This document shows, one piece after another, positions 23,322 through 35,864 of a stretch of DNA of 64,000 bases. The stretch lies in contig OZ251233.1 in assembly GCA_965240325.2 (NCBI GenBank), positions 124,001 through 188,000 on the forward strand, read 5' to 3'. The notes below the pieces were generated by a model, which ran no database searches, had not been told where the DNA came from, and saw only the letters and a program-made list of their open reading frames with translations. The number at the start of each line of letters is the position of its first letter. The stretch's first letter is position 1. Both the position numbers and the translations under genes were made by a program. The DNA comes from Rebecca billardiae RCC1528 (taxonomy: Eukaryota > Protista > Haptophyta).

Positions 23322-25250
23322 TCAGCTGCCGCCGCGGCCGCGAGACCCGCGGCCGCGGCCACGGCCGCTGTCGCCCTCGCCACGGCCCGCCCACTGGCCG
23401 CGGCCGCCGCCGCCGCCGCCGCCGCGCGACTGCGCGGGCGCGCACGCGAGCGATGGGGCCGCGGGGCGCGGGGATGCGTCAGGGGTGGGCGTCTCGCGCG
23501 CGCGGCGCGCGCGCGCCGGGGCGGGCGCGCGGCCGGTCGGCAGCGCGGGGCGCGCGCGCGCACTCGCGTGCCCTCGGCGCCGCCACGGCCACCGCCGCCG
23601 CCGCCGTACGGCTGGCGGTAGCCGCCGCCCCGCCCGCCGCCCTGCGTGTTCTGCCCGTCGTACCCGCCGCCACCGCGCCCGCCGCCCGAGCCCGCCCATG
23701 CCGCGCCGCCACGGCCGCCGCGGCCGCCGCGCGCGCCCATCCCGCCGCGCCCGCCGCCCATGCCGCGCCGGTCGCCGCCGCCGCCCGCCACCGGCGCGTT
23801 GCGCTGCAGCAGCTCGCCGAACGTCTCGGAGTCGACGCGGCGCTGGTCGGCGAGCTGCGCGCACGCGGAGGGGCGCGCGAGGCGCACACCGCGCGGGTGA
23901 GGGCGGTGCGCGCGCGTGCGCGTGCGTGCGGTGCGCGTGCGCGTGCGCCGCACCCGGTTGGGCCGTGAGTCCTTGTCGTCTGCGCCGAGGTTGTCGAAGA
24001 AGGAGGCGGCGCGGTCGTACGTCTTGGCGGTGGGCTTGGAGCTCAGGTCGAGCCCCGAGAGCGGGTCGTCCAGCGCGCTCTCCACGCCCACGCCCGCGCC
24101 CGCGCCCGCCGCGGGCAGCTGCTTTGTGAAGCGCGCGTTGGAAGATTCGAAGTCGAACTCTTCGTTGGAGCCAAGCCCGGCGCCGCCCCGGCCGCGGCCG
24201 CGCTGGAGGAGGTGCGCGCCCGAGCCGGGCGGCGGGCGCGGCCCGCCGCCGCGCCCGCCGCCGCCGCCCGGCGGCGGGGGGCCGCCACCGCCGCGGCCGG
24301 CGGCCGCGGCGGCGTGGGGCGCGGCGGCGGGCTTGGCGGCAGCCGCCCACGAGGCGGGCGGCGGCCGCGCGGCCGGCGGCGCCGGCTGCGGCGGCGGCGG
24401 CTGCGCGGGCTGCGCGGCGGGCTGAGCGGGCGGCGGCGCGCGCTGCTGCGCCGGCGGCGCCTGCTGCCGCAGCTGCTGCTGCCGCGACGACGCGGGCGCG
24501 GGCATCTGCATGTCCACCGACGGGAGCGGCACAGCCGGAGGCTTGGACGGCGCGGGCGCGGCCGGAGACGCGCCGTTCTGCGGCGGCGGCGCGTAGCGGC
24601 CGGCGGCGTCGGACGAGGCGGGCTGCGAGGTGAGCGAGCCGTACGCGCCGAGGCCGGCGCCGCTGCCCAGCAGCGGCGCGGGCGCCGCCAGCGCCGTGCT
24701 CGCCGCCGGCCGCGGCGGCTGCGGCTGCGGCTGCGCCGGCGGCGCGGGCTGCGACGCCGGCGGCGGTAGCGCCGGCGCGGTGGCGGCGCCGGGGTAGCCC
24801 GGCTGCTGCGGCGGCGGCTGCGCCGGCGGCGCCGTCGCGTCCGCCGGCGTCTCGCACACCTGCAGGTCCTTGATGTCCGAGCCGCGGAAGATGATGTACT
24901 TGTAGACCGCGTCGGACGGCGGGATCACGTTGTCAGCGCGCCGGTCCTCCGTGCCGTACGAGCGGACTGGGGCGCGGCGCGCGCGGCGCGCGAGGGGAGG
25001 CAGGGCGGGCGGTGTGAGCGACGCGTCGCCACGCCGCCGGCCGGCGCGCGGCGGCGGGCGGTGCGCGCGCGCGCGCGCGCGCGCCGCCGCGCCGAACGCC
25101 GGCTCGGCGCACGCGCGCGCGCGCGCGCGCTGCACCATTGTTGAGCGCGACGGTGGCCTGGACCGTGTCGATCGAGTAGAGCGTGCCCTCGTAGCGGATG
25201 TCACTCTTCGAGATGAGGATGATGCGGCTGCCGATGAAGGGCACGGCCAT
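23322..25250 (-). CDS. LSM14: LSM14/Scd6/DCP5 P-body decapping activator; exons 25250-25136, 24966-23954, 23854-23564, 23429-23322
   Basis: LSm domain [24 protein letters not shown]...VRSYGTEDR...[14 protein letters not shown], plus FDF ([12 protein letters not shown]), FFD (SFFDNL), TFG (DSETFG) and an RGG tail. Three GT-AG introns keep the frame. Confidence 0.93.
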
Positions 25251-26381
25251 CGTGGCGCGTCGACCGCTGCGGCGTTGCGGTTGGGCGCGGCGGCGCCGAG
25301 CTGCCCTCTCAGCAGGGGCGGGCGAGGGTGCGCACGCCACGCTGTCAGTCGAAGTCCGGGGCGCGCGCCGCCCCGGACTCACATGACGCGCGCTGCTGTG
25401 CTTCGTCAGCTGCAGTAATCAGATGCACCGGAGGTCGCGTCATCTTTTTTATTTCAAAATGAAAACAGGACCGAGCGCGAGGAGCACGATGGCGACTGAG
25501 GACACGGCGGGTCCGGCCGGCGGACAAGCCCCTCGCTGCCGCCACTCGGGCTTCCTTCGCGCCAAACGTGTGTCATCCGCCCAACGCCCGGATCGGGATC
25601 ACACAGCGCAGCCACGACGCCGCTTCCCCGCGTCGGACCGTCCCGCCCGATCTCGGGCGCCGGACGGCGCGCCCCGCGCCGCCTCGCCAGACTCCAGAGG
25701 CGCCTCGGGGAGCTGCATCCGAGCCTGTGTCTGTCTGTGACCTGTGGCCTGTCCCGGCGTCAGTGCGGAGCACCCGTAGTCCCGGCACCACCCGGCTGAG
25801 AGTGCCCGAGGACCCGCCTGCGGCCCTGGCCACTGGCCCGTCAACCGCCGCGCCGGGGCCGAGGGAAGGAAGCGCCCTGCGCACGGGCCGTGGCGGAGGC
25901 GGAGGGCAGCGCTGCCGCACGCTGCCCCGCCGCACCCGCTGGGCTGCCGCCAGCCAGCCAGCCGGTGGCGCCGCCTGGCGGCAGGCGCAGCCGCAGCCGC
26001 AGCCGAGGCCGAGGCCGAGGAAGGAGGCGGCCCGGGCCTCGGCGTCTCGCGCGCTGCCACAGCGGCGGTGCGGAGCGGCGCGGCGCGGTGCGGTGCTGTG
26101 CGTGAGTGCCGGTGTCCGTCAGAGGGCAGACAGTCTGACTGTCAGACAGAGGGCAGACAGAGGCGGTGTGTGTGCGTGGTGTGTGTGTGCGTGTGTGTGT
26201 GTGGCTGTGTGGAGCGCGCGGCGGCGCAGGCAACGGGCGCGGGGCGTGGCGGATGAGGCCGGCGGCGCGCTCCACACAACGCGCGCCCCTTGTCCGACCC
26301 TTTGCCCCTTGGCTGCGTGCCGGTTGGTCCTGTCTGCCTGCGCCCCGCCCTGCGCCCCGCCCTGCGCCACCCCCGCGCTGC

Positions 26382-29300
26382 TCAGCCAGCGGCCGCGCCG
26401 ACCGGCCGTGCCGCCTCCTCCGCCTCCGCCTCCTCCTCGTCGTCATCCTCTTCCGTGCCGGGCTCAAACCGCATGGCGCCCTCGCCCCGCGCGCCCTCCT
26501 CCTCCTCCTCGTCCTCCTCCTCCTCCTCGTCCTCCTCCGTGTCGGAGTCGGTGCGCTGCGCCGCCCAGCCGCCCCGAGCGGACGCACGCGCCGGGGGCGC
26601 TGGGGGCGCGCCGGCCGCGACCGCGCCCGCGCCGCCGCCCGCCGCCGCCGCGTGCACGGCCGCGAGCGCTCGCAGCCTCAGCTCAGTCTCGAGCGCAGCG
26701 CCGGCGCCCGCAGCGCCCACACGCGCGCCGCCAGCCGCGCCGGCCACGCCGGCCGCGCCGGCGCTCGCGCCGCCCTCCCCGGCGCGCGCGCGCGCGCGCG
26801 GCGGCGGCGGCGGCGGCTGCGCGGTGCGCACGGTGCGGCCGGCGCGCGCGGCCGCGGGCGCGCCGCCGCCGCTCGGTCGCTGGCGCGCGGCCGCGGCGGC
26901 GGCGTGCGCGCGCGCGCGCGCGCCCAGCCTGCGCGCGGCGCGCGCCACGGCGGGCGAGGCGGGCATCGCGCACGCCGCCTCCTGTGCGAGCCACGCGCCC
27001 AGCGCCGGCTGCGCGAGCGCGCACGCGAGCGCGGCCGCGCCCTGCCACACGCACGCCGCGGCGGGCGCGGGCGCGGGCGCGCGCGCGCGCGCGCGCTCGC
27101 CCGCGGCGTGCGCCGCGCACGCGAGCAGCTCGGCGGCGGCGGCGGCGCGGCCCGCGCCGAGCAGCTCGGCGGCGGCGCGCAGTAGCAGCTCGGGGCAGCG
27201 CAGCGCCGCGGCGCGCGAGCACGGCCGCGCGACGCCCGCGGCGCGCAGCGCGTCCGCGAGCGCGTCCGCGTCCGCGCCGTCCGCGCCGGCGGGCGCGCCC
27301 GCGGCCGCGCCGTCCGCGCCGGCGGGCGCGCCCGCGGCCGCGCCGTCCGCGCTCGCGGGCGCGCGCCCCGCGCCCTCGCCATCGGCGGGTGCGGGTGCGG
27401 GCGCGGGCGCGGGCGCGGCGCAGCGCAGCAGCAGCGCGCGCGGCTGCGCGCGCGCGAGCGGCAGCAGCGCCTCCGCCCCCGCCTGCTCCGCCGCCAGCCC
27501 CAGCAGCGCGCGGCACAGCGCGGGCCGCGCGCGCACGTCCGCGCGGCCCAGCGCGCACTCGAGCGCACACAGCACGCGGCAGCGCGCGCCCGCCTCAGAG
27601 CCGGGGTCGGCGCGCTGGGCAGCGCCCGAGCCGCCGCCCGCGGCACCGTCGGGCGCTGCGCCGCTGACGACGGCCGTCTCGACGCGCCGCAGCCAGAGCG
27701 CCGCGTCCGCGTCGCCGCGCGCGCGCGCGCCTACCGGTGCGCTGCTGAGCGCGGCTCCGAACGCGGCCGGCGCCGCGTCGTGCGCGGCCGCGTGCACCAG
27801 GCTGAGCCATAGGCAGCGGTTGGCGTGCGCCCAGCGCGCGCCCTCGGCGGGGAGGGCGGCGGCGGCGGCGGCGGGAGCGGCGGCGGGGCTGGGCGGCGCG
27901 GCACGCCCGCCGAGCAGCGCGTCGTAACGCGCCGTGATCGCGCCCACCTGCGCGCCCAGCTGCGAAGCGCGCGCCGCCGCGTCCGCCGCGTCCGCGCCGC
28001 CGCCGCCGCCGCCGCCGCCGCCGAGGGGTGGCGCGGCGAGGGCGGCCGCGGCGGTCGGCGCGGCGGCGGGCGCCGCGCCGGCCGCGCGCGCCGCCGCCGC
28101 CGGCTCGGCGCCGCCCTCGCCCTCGCCGCCCGCCTCGGCGTGCTGCACCGCCGCCGCCAGCGCGTCGAGCGCCGCCGGCCCGTCCCCCGCGCGCAGCGCG
28201 AGGCACGCCAGCGCGTGCGCCCAGCGGTGCACCCCGCACGCGTCCGCGCGCCCTCGCGCGTCGGCCATCAGCCCGGAGAGCGTGGCGGCGGCGCCGTGCG
28301 CGCGGCCCGCCGCCTCCTCCACCGCGACCACCATGTGCCACAGCGCGGCGGGCGCGGCGCTCGGCGGGCGCGGCGCGCCGGGCGCGTCCGCGCCGCCGCC
28401 GTGCGCGGCCGCGGCCGCGTCCGCGCCGCCCGCCGCGCCTCCGCCGCCCATCCTCTCGCCCAGCAGCCGCAGGCAGACGGCGCGGCCCGCGTCCGCGCCG
28501 CCGCGCGCGCACGCAAGCTCGACCTCCGCCAGCGCGGCCGCCGCCCAACCGCGCGCGTCCGCGCCGCCGTCCGCGTCCGCCTGCGCCGCGCGCAGCAGCG
28601 CGCACGCGTCGGCGGCGCGGCGCGCGCCCGCGCCGCCGTGCGCCGCGCCGCGCCACAAGATGTGCGGCCGCGCGGCCTCGGCGGACGGCGCGGACGCGTC
28701 GGCGCTCGCCGCGTCGGCCGCGGCCGCCTCGACGCACGCGCGCGCGCCGCCGAGCGCGCACAGCTCGGCCGCGCCGAGCCAGAGCAGCGAGCGGGCGCGG
28801 GCGGAGAGCGGCGGCGCCGGCGGCAGCGCCGTCTCTGGCCCGGGCACGGCGGCCGCGGGCGCGCCGCCGCCGCGCGCGCCGCCGCCGCCGCCGCCGGGCC
28901 TCGGCTCGCCGTCCGCGCCGCGCTTGCGCGACGGCGGCGTGACGCCGTTGGGCGTGCCGAGGCCCGCCGCCGCCGCGATGGCCGCAGCCTTGGCCGCGGC
29001 CTTGGCCGCAGCCGCGCCGCCGTCCGCGTTGCCGCCGCCGTCAGCAGCGCCGTTGGGTGCTGCGCCCTCCGCCTCCGCCTCGCTGCCGCCGTCGTCTGCG
29101 GAGTCCCACGACGCCTCCGCCTCCTCGCCCTCCTCCTCACCCTCGCCCTCGCCCTCCTCGCCCCCCTCGCTCTCGTCGTCATCGCCATCCTCGTCGTCGT
29201 CGTCGTCGTCGTCGTCGTCAGCACCCGCCTCCGCCTCCGCCTCCGCCTCCGCCGCTGGCCTCTGTGCGAGCAGCAGCTCGAGCCGGGCGCCCAGCGCCTC

Positions 29301-29606
29301 GCTCAGCAGGCGGAGGCCGGCGCGGCGCGGCCCCGCCGCCTCGAGCGCCCACGCCCCCTCGAGCAGCAGGCACGTGAGCGCGCGCTCGCACACGGCAGCC
29401 GAGCGCGCGCACCGCAGCAGCGCGCGCGCCGCCCGAGCGATCAGCTGCGCGACCAGAGCGTCGGCGGCGGCGGCGTCGTCGGCACGGAGCGAGTCGGCGC
29501 GGGCGTGGGCGATGAGCGCGCGCCACAGCCGCGCCGAGTGCGGCGCCGCCTCGACGCCGCGCTCCAGCGCCGCCCGGTACGCGCGCGCCCCCTCGCCGCC
29601 GCCGCC

Positions 29607-29651
<45 letters not shown>

Positions 29652-29828
29652 CGCCTGGGCGCGCGCGGCTGCGAGGCCGGCATAGGCCAGCCACGCGCCC
29701 TCGTCGGACGGGCGTGCGGAGACGCGCGCGAGCGCGGCGTGCAGCGCGCCGTCGTCCACCACGGCCGCCTCGGCGGCGGCGCCGCCGCCGCCAGCTGACG
29801 CCCCGCCATCGACGCCGCCCTCCGCCCT

Positions 29829-29863
<35 letters not shown>

Positions 29864-31141
29864 CGCTGCCTGCGCCCGCGCCCGCGCCGAAGGGCAGGTC
29901 GGGGGCGAGGGCGGAGGCGCGGTGGCGGCGTCGCGCGCGCGCGGTGGCGGCGCCGCCGCCCGTCGCCGCCGCCGCCGCCCTCAGCTGCGCGAGCTGCGCG
30001 CGCACGCCCGCCCCGAGCGCCGGCTCGAGCGCGCGGCGGCGGTGCGCGGGCGCGCGCGCGAGCGCCGCCCACGCGAGCGCGGCCGCGCCGGCGGTCTCCT
30101 CTCGGGCGGTGGCGGCGGCGTGCGCGCCCGCGCCGCCGACGCCGCCGCCGCGGCGCGCGCGCGCCGCGAGCGTGGCGCACAGCTCGGCCACACTCGGCGC
30201 CGGAGCGCCGCCGCCGCCGCCATCCGCGCCGAGCGCGGCGAGCGCGTGCGCCGCGCACGCGCGCAGTGCGCCCTCGGCGCTGCGGCCGTCGCGCGCGGCC
30301 GCGGCGAGCTCGGCGCGCACGCGGAGGCGCAGCCCGCGCAGCGTGCCGCCCGCGGCGGGGTGCAGCGCGGGGCGCAGCACGCCGTCGAGCATGCGCATCG
30401 CCGCGCCCTCCAGCGCACCGCCGCCCTCCGCGCCGCGGCCGCCCGCGCGCGCGGCCGCGCCCGCGAGCGCGGGCGCGCACCGCAAGTAGTCCCGCGCGTG
30501 CTGCAGCGTGCAGCCGGCGTCGTTGCACGCGCCGGCGGCGTCGAAGCGGCAGAGCGGCGTGTGCGGCTCGAGCGCCGCGCACGCGAACGCGCCGTCGCTC
30601 GCGCGCGCCAGCGCCGCCGCGGGCTCGTCGCCGAGCAGCGCGGGCGCGCACCCGCCGCCGTCCGCGCCGCCGTCCGCGCCGCCGTCCGCGCCGCCGCCGC
30701 GCTCGGTCGCCGCGGCCCAGCGGCCGTCCGCGGCGGCGGCGAGGCGGTAGCAGCGCAGCTGCAGCAGCGGCGAGCAGTAGGCCAGGCGCACGCCCGCGGT
30801 GAGCGCCGCGCCCGCGCGCTCCGGCACGGGCGGCACGTCGCCGTCGGCGCGCGCGCCGCGCGCCGCGCCGCGCCGCCGCTGCGAGCGCGCCGCGCCAACG
30901 CCAGCGGTGCCGCCGGCACTGGCGGCGGCGGCGGCGGCGGCGGCGCCGTCCGCCAACGGCGGCGCTGGCTCGTCGAGCACGCCGAGCGAGATGTGCGGCG
31001 CGGGCGCGCGGCCGCCCGCCTCGAGCAGCACCACGTCCGTGTGGTGCCCCAGCGCCGCCTCCGCGCGCGCGGCGGTGCGCTCGAGCGCAGAGGCGCCGCG
31101 CGCGCGCCAGCGCGCGGCCGCGCGCTGCTCGCGCGCACCGA

Positions 31142-31186
<45 letters not shown>

Positions 31187-31999
31187 GCAGCGGCGGCGGC
31201 GGGCCGGCCGGCGGGTGCGGCACGCTCGGCGGGAGCAGCGCCGAGCGCGGCTGCGCGCCCGTCGGCCCCGGCGCGCGCGCCGCCGCCACGTGCGCCGCCA
31301 CCGCCGTCCGCACGGACGGCCCCGGCGCCGCACGCGCCGCCGCGCCCGGCTGCTGCGGCTGCTGCTGCGCCGCCGCCGCCGCGCCCGCGGCAACCGAGCC
31401 GAGCAGCGCGGCGGCGGCCGCCTCGTCGACCCCGCGCTTCGCGCTCGCCTGCCGCGCCCTCGCCTCCGCCAGCGAGCGCTCCGCATCGCGCAGCTGCCGC
31501 CGCAGCCGGCGCGCCAGCAGCTCGTACTGCCGCGTGGACTCCTGCGCGCGCGCGTGGGCGCCCATGGCAGCCTCGAGCGCGCGCTGCTGGGAAGGGGGGC
31601 GGCCGGCGGCGGCGGCGGCTGCGGACGCGGACGCGCCGGGCTCGGCGGCCGAGCGCGCCTCGGCGCCGGCGGCACTGCCGCGGGCGCGCGCGCTCGCGCA
31701 CGCGGCCGCCGGCTGCCGCGCCGCCGCCGCGCCGCCGCCGCGCGCCGCCGCCGCCCGCGCCGCCGCCGCCGCGTCGCCGCCGCCCGCGCCGGCAACCTCG
31801 GCCGTGTCGGCGGCAGCCGCGCGCGCATCCGCGCCCGCCAGCGCCGCCGCCGCCCGACGCGCCAGCGCCGCCTCCACATCGGCCGCGCCACCGGCCTCGC
31901 CGCCAGCGCGCTCCGCGCCCTCCTCCTCCGCCTCCTCCTCCTCCGCCTCCTCCTCCGCCTCCTCCTCCTCCGCCTCCTCCTCCTCCGCCTCCTCTGCGT

Positions 32000-32038
<39 letters not shown>

Positions 32039-34163
32039 TGTCGGTGTAGGCGTCGGCGTCAGAGGCGGAGGCGGAGGCGGCGGCGGGGCGGCCGGTGGCA
32101 CCGTCACCGCCGCCGCCGCCGTGCGCGCGGATGAGGGCGACGCCGGCCGACGGCTGCGGCGGACGCCCGCGGCTGCCCGCGCGCCCCCACGCGCGCGCGC
32201 GCCTCACCTCCGCCGTCTCCACCGTCGTCAGCACACCCTCGCCGCGCGCGCCGTCGCAGATGCCCAGCCAGGCGAGGGTGCACGGCCCGTCGGAAGGCGC
32301 GCGCGCGCGGCCCGCGCCGTCGCGCGCGCGCGCGGCGGCGCGCCTCTGCGCGTGCGCCGAGGGGGGCGCGCGCACCACCCGAGCGGCGGCGGAGGACGCG
32401 GCGGCGGGGCGCGACGGCAGCGTCAAGGCCGCCGCCGCCGAGATCGCCCAGCGGGAGCGCTTGGCGGCGTCGCGCTGCGGCGGGCGCGCGCGCGGCGCGG
32501 CAGGCGGCGTGGCCGATGCCACCGCCGCCGCCGTGAGGCGCGCGAGCGCCCGCCCCGCCGGCGCGCCCGCCGCCGCGCCGCCCTTGGCGCCCGGAGGCGC
32601 GCGCCGCGCTGCCGCGTGCGCCGCGCGCGCGGCCGGCGCCGCTGCCTCCGCCGCCGCCTTGGAGCCGCGCGCCGTGGCCGGCAGCGTCCCACCGCCGGCC
32701 GCGCCGCCGGGCGCGGCCCAGCCGAAGGCCGCCGCCGGCTGCGCCGCGCCCGCTGCCCCGTCGGCGTCCTGCCCGCCGCCGGCGCTGCCGCTGCCGCGCC
32801 GGCTCCGCTTGGGCGCGGGCCCCTGCCCGGCCGCGGCGCCGCCGCTCTCAGCCCCGCACCCGTGCGCACAGCAGGCCGGCGCCTCCTCCGCCTCGCGCGC
32901 GCGGCGCGGCGCGCCGAGCGGCTCGGAGGGCCGCGCGCCCGGCCGAGGCGGCGCGTGGCCGCGCTCGGCACCGCCCGGCTGGGGCGCGCCTGCGCCCGGC
33001 ACCGTGGCGACAGCACCGCCGCCGCCGCCGCCGCCGGCCCCAGCGTCGCGGGTCGCGCTGCGCATGGCGGCGGCGGTGAGGCCCCCGCTGGCCGCCACCC
33101 CCGCGCGCTGCGCCTGCTGCGCGCCCGGCTGCCCCGGCTGCTGCGCTGAAGGCGCCGGGGGCAACGCGCGCGGGGGCTGCGGGGGCTGCGACGGGTGCTG
33201 CGGCTGCAAGGGGTGCGGCTGTGCCGTGGGCGGCAGCGATGTGGGCGGCAGTGACAGCGGCTGTGCCGGAGCCGGCTGCGCAGACGCGAGCTGCGGCGAA
33301 GACAGCGGCTGCGGCGGGCGCTGCGGGGGCGCCGCTGGCGGGGTCGGCACGGCGGCGGCATGCGGCGAAGGCACCTGCTGCCGCTGCGCCTGCTGCTGCT
33401 GCTGCCGCTGCTGCTGCTGCCGCCGCTGCTGCTGCTGCTGCGCCTGCCGCTGCTGCTGCTGCTGCTGCTGCTGCTGCGCCTGGTGCTGCTGCGCCTGCGC
33501 GGGCGGCGGCGGGTGCGGCGCGAGCGGCGCACACGCGGCGTGCGAGGCGTACGCGAGGGGTGCCGAGCCCATTGCCTGCGCGCCGGCGCCGCCAGCCGCG
33601 TGCGCCGCCGCGTGCGCGTGCTGCGCGGCCGGCAGCGCGCTCGGCGCGGGCCAGTGCGGCGGCGGCGCGTGCGCCCAGCCGTGCGCGCCGGGCGGCGCGT
33701 GCTGCGCGTAGCCCGGCGGGAGCGGGTAGCTCGGGGTCGACGCGGCGGGCTGCGCCTGCTGCGCCGCACCGAACGCGCCGGCCGGCTGCGCCGGCGCCGG
33801 CGGCAACGCCGCAGCCGCGCTGGGACCGCCGCCGCCGCCGCCGCCGCCGCAGCCGCCGCCGCTGCCGCCGCCACTGCCGCCGCCAGAGCCGAGGGGCAGC
33901 CACGCGCCCCAGGGCAGCCAGCCGCCGGGCGAGAGCTGCGCTCCGGGCGGCGTGTGGGCGGACGGGTGCTGGTACGTCGCGCCCGACGGCCAGCCTGCGT
34001 GCGCCACGGCCGCCGCGTGCTGGCCGGCCGACACGGCGCACGCCTCGTGCGCGCCGCCGCTGCCGCCGCCGGCCGGAAGCGGAGGCGGCGCGCCCGTTGG
34101 CGGCGGATACGCTGGCGATGAGTGCGCCGCGCCGGTGGTGGCCCACGGCGGCTGGCTCGCCAT
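26382..34163 (-). CDS. ZFC3H1: ZFC3H1/Red1-like C3H1 zinc-finger protein (nuclear exosome adaptor)
   Basis: YCSPLLQLRCYRL followed by PLCRFDAAGACNDAGCTLQHARDY (C-x7-C-x4-C-x3-H). Upstream coiled coil and Pro/Gln-rich region; downstream HAT/TPR-like helices (ALERGVEAAPHSARLWRAL). Confidence 0.7.
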
Positions 34164-34364
34164 CGGTCGCTGCCGCGCCGACGAGCGCGCGCGAGAGCTG
34201 CCGCCCGAGGGGGCACCCGTCAGTCAATCGTACAGTAGCCCCACGCGCCGAACGATGGCTGGCTGCTGAAGTGCTCGCGTCGACCAGCAAACGTTACGGG
34301 CTTACGGCCACCCCTGCGAGCTTGCGGCCGCTGCACGACCTGGCGGGAGCGGGCGCGTGGTGCC

Positions 34365-34643
34365 ATGGACGACGTGGCGACGCGGCGGCTGAACGAGCAG
34401 ATCAGGCGCGAGCAGCGCACTGTGACCGCGTGGAAGGAGAAGTACGGCAAGCGCGCCGACTACCTCTTCCCGAACGACAGCCAAAAGGCCGCGCGGCTGC
34501 GCGAGCTGCACAGGCAGATGGACAAGCTGGGCCGAGCGGACTTTGAGGACATGGCGCAGCGGAAGCACGCGCTCGAGACGCTGCGCGCGAGCATGCAGGC
34601 GCTGGTCAACGACGTCGATACCGACAAGGGCTCCGTGCAATGA
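34365..34643 (+). CDS. Small coiled-coil hypothetical protein (92 aa)
   Basis: MDDVATRRLNEQIRREQRTVTAWKEKYG... has charged helical composition and GC3-rich codons. It is divergent from the ZFC3H1-like gene. Confidence 0.7.
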   Translation: MDDVATRRLNEQIRREQRTVTAWKEKYGKRADYLFPNDSQKAARLRELHRQMDKLGRADFEDMAQRKHALETLRASMQALVNDVDTDKGSVQ

Positions 34644-35864
34644 CGCCATGCTGGCGGATGCCTCTTGGTCAACACCCACCGCCACGCCGTCCGCGGCGGC
34701 ACGGGGCAAGCGCTCCTGGGCACGGATGTCTGTGCGCTCCAACATCACGGGCGCAGGTGCGGCCGCAAGCGGCCGGCGAGGCCGAGAGATGGGCGGACGC
34801 GTCTGAGCAGTAGAGTGAGATCGACGAACGACGGTCCGGACGCAGCGGCGCGGTTTATTTGTCGTCAGTGCGCCATCGCCGCCGTCGTCTGCCGGGCGGG
34901 CGTCGGCGTCGTCAGTCGACGTCGTCATATATATCAGTCGTATATATATATTATTATATAGCAGTAGCGTCGCGCGCACGACAGCTCAGTATAGCAGATC
35001 GATACGCACCATCGTCATCGTCATCATCGTCAATAATAATTGCTGCGCTGACGACGATGATGATGATGCGTAGTCTCTGTCTGATGCTGACTTCAGAATA
35101 AATCAGATCGATCCGAAAGTCAAAGTGACCGATGCCGCGCCTGCTGCTGCCGACGCCCAGCCAATACTCGACAGCCCGATGGCTCCATCCAGGGCTCAGC
35201 TGCAGAATAAGCAGCGCCGCCGGCCGCCGTAGTCAGGCGCGTCCCGTCAGATGCCGGCGCCCAGCGGCTACGCCCGCTGCAGCAGCGTCGTGCGCAGCAG
35301 CGTCCTGCCGCCGCACGACAGCGGCGGCGGCGGCGGCGGACTAGTCGGAACGTCGCCGATCCGTGACGTGCGCGGCGCCTCGTTCGCGCCAACAGCGCAG
35401 CCTGCAATCTGCATGCCCTGGCAAAGCGCAACGGGCCCCCGTGCCCACCACCCTGCCCCCACGGCCCGCCCAGGCGCGGCGCCGGGCCCGTTCACGGGCC
35501 CGATGGTCCGGTGGAGGCTGGCACCGGGGCACCCCACGCAGCCAGCCGAGGCTCCGCAGGCGGTGCGTGAGTGCGTCCGCAGCTCCGCGGGGCGCAGGGG
35601 CACCCGGCTCGACACGCTGCCTGTCGCCTGTCGGTCTGGGCTCTGTGCCGGCGTGTGTGCCCGGCAGCACGCGCGCTCAGTGCCTGCGGGCAGGGTGGCG
35701 AGGGTGTGGCGCACGGCGCGTGAGCGCGCCAACGAGCGCACGGGCCAGCGCGCCGCGTGCCGCGCGCCGCCCGCCCGCCCGTGCGCACATGTACCCGCGC
35801 GGCAGCGATGGCCGTACCGTCACTGTACAAAGTCCTGGAGGCCTGCGTGTCGGTGGGTTGTTCT

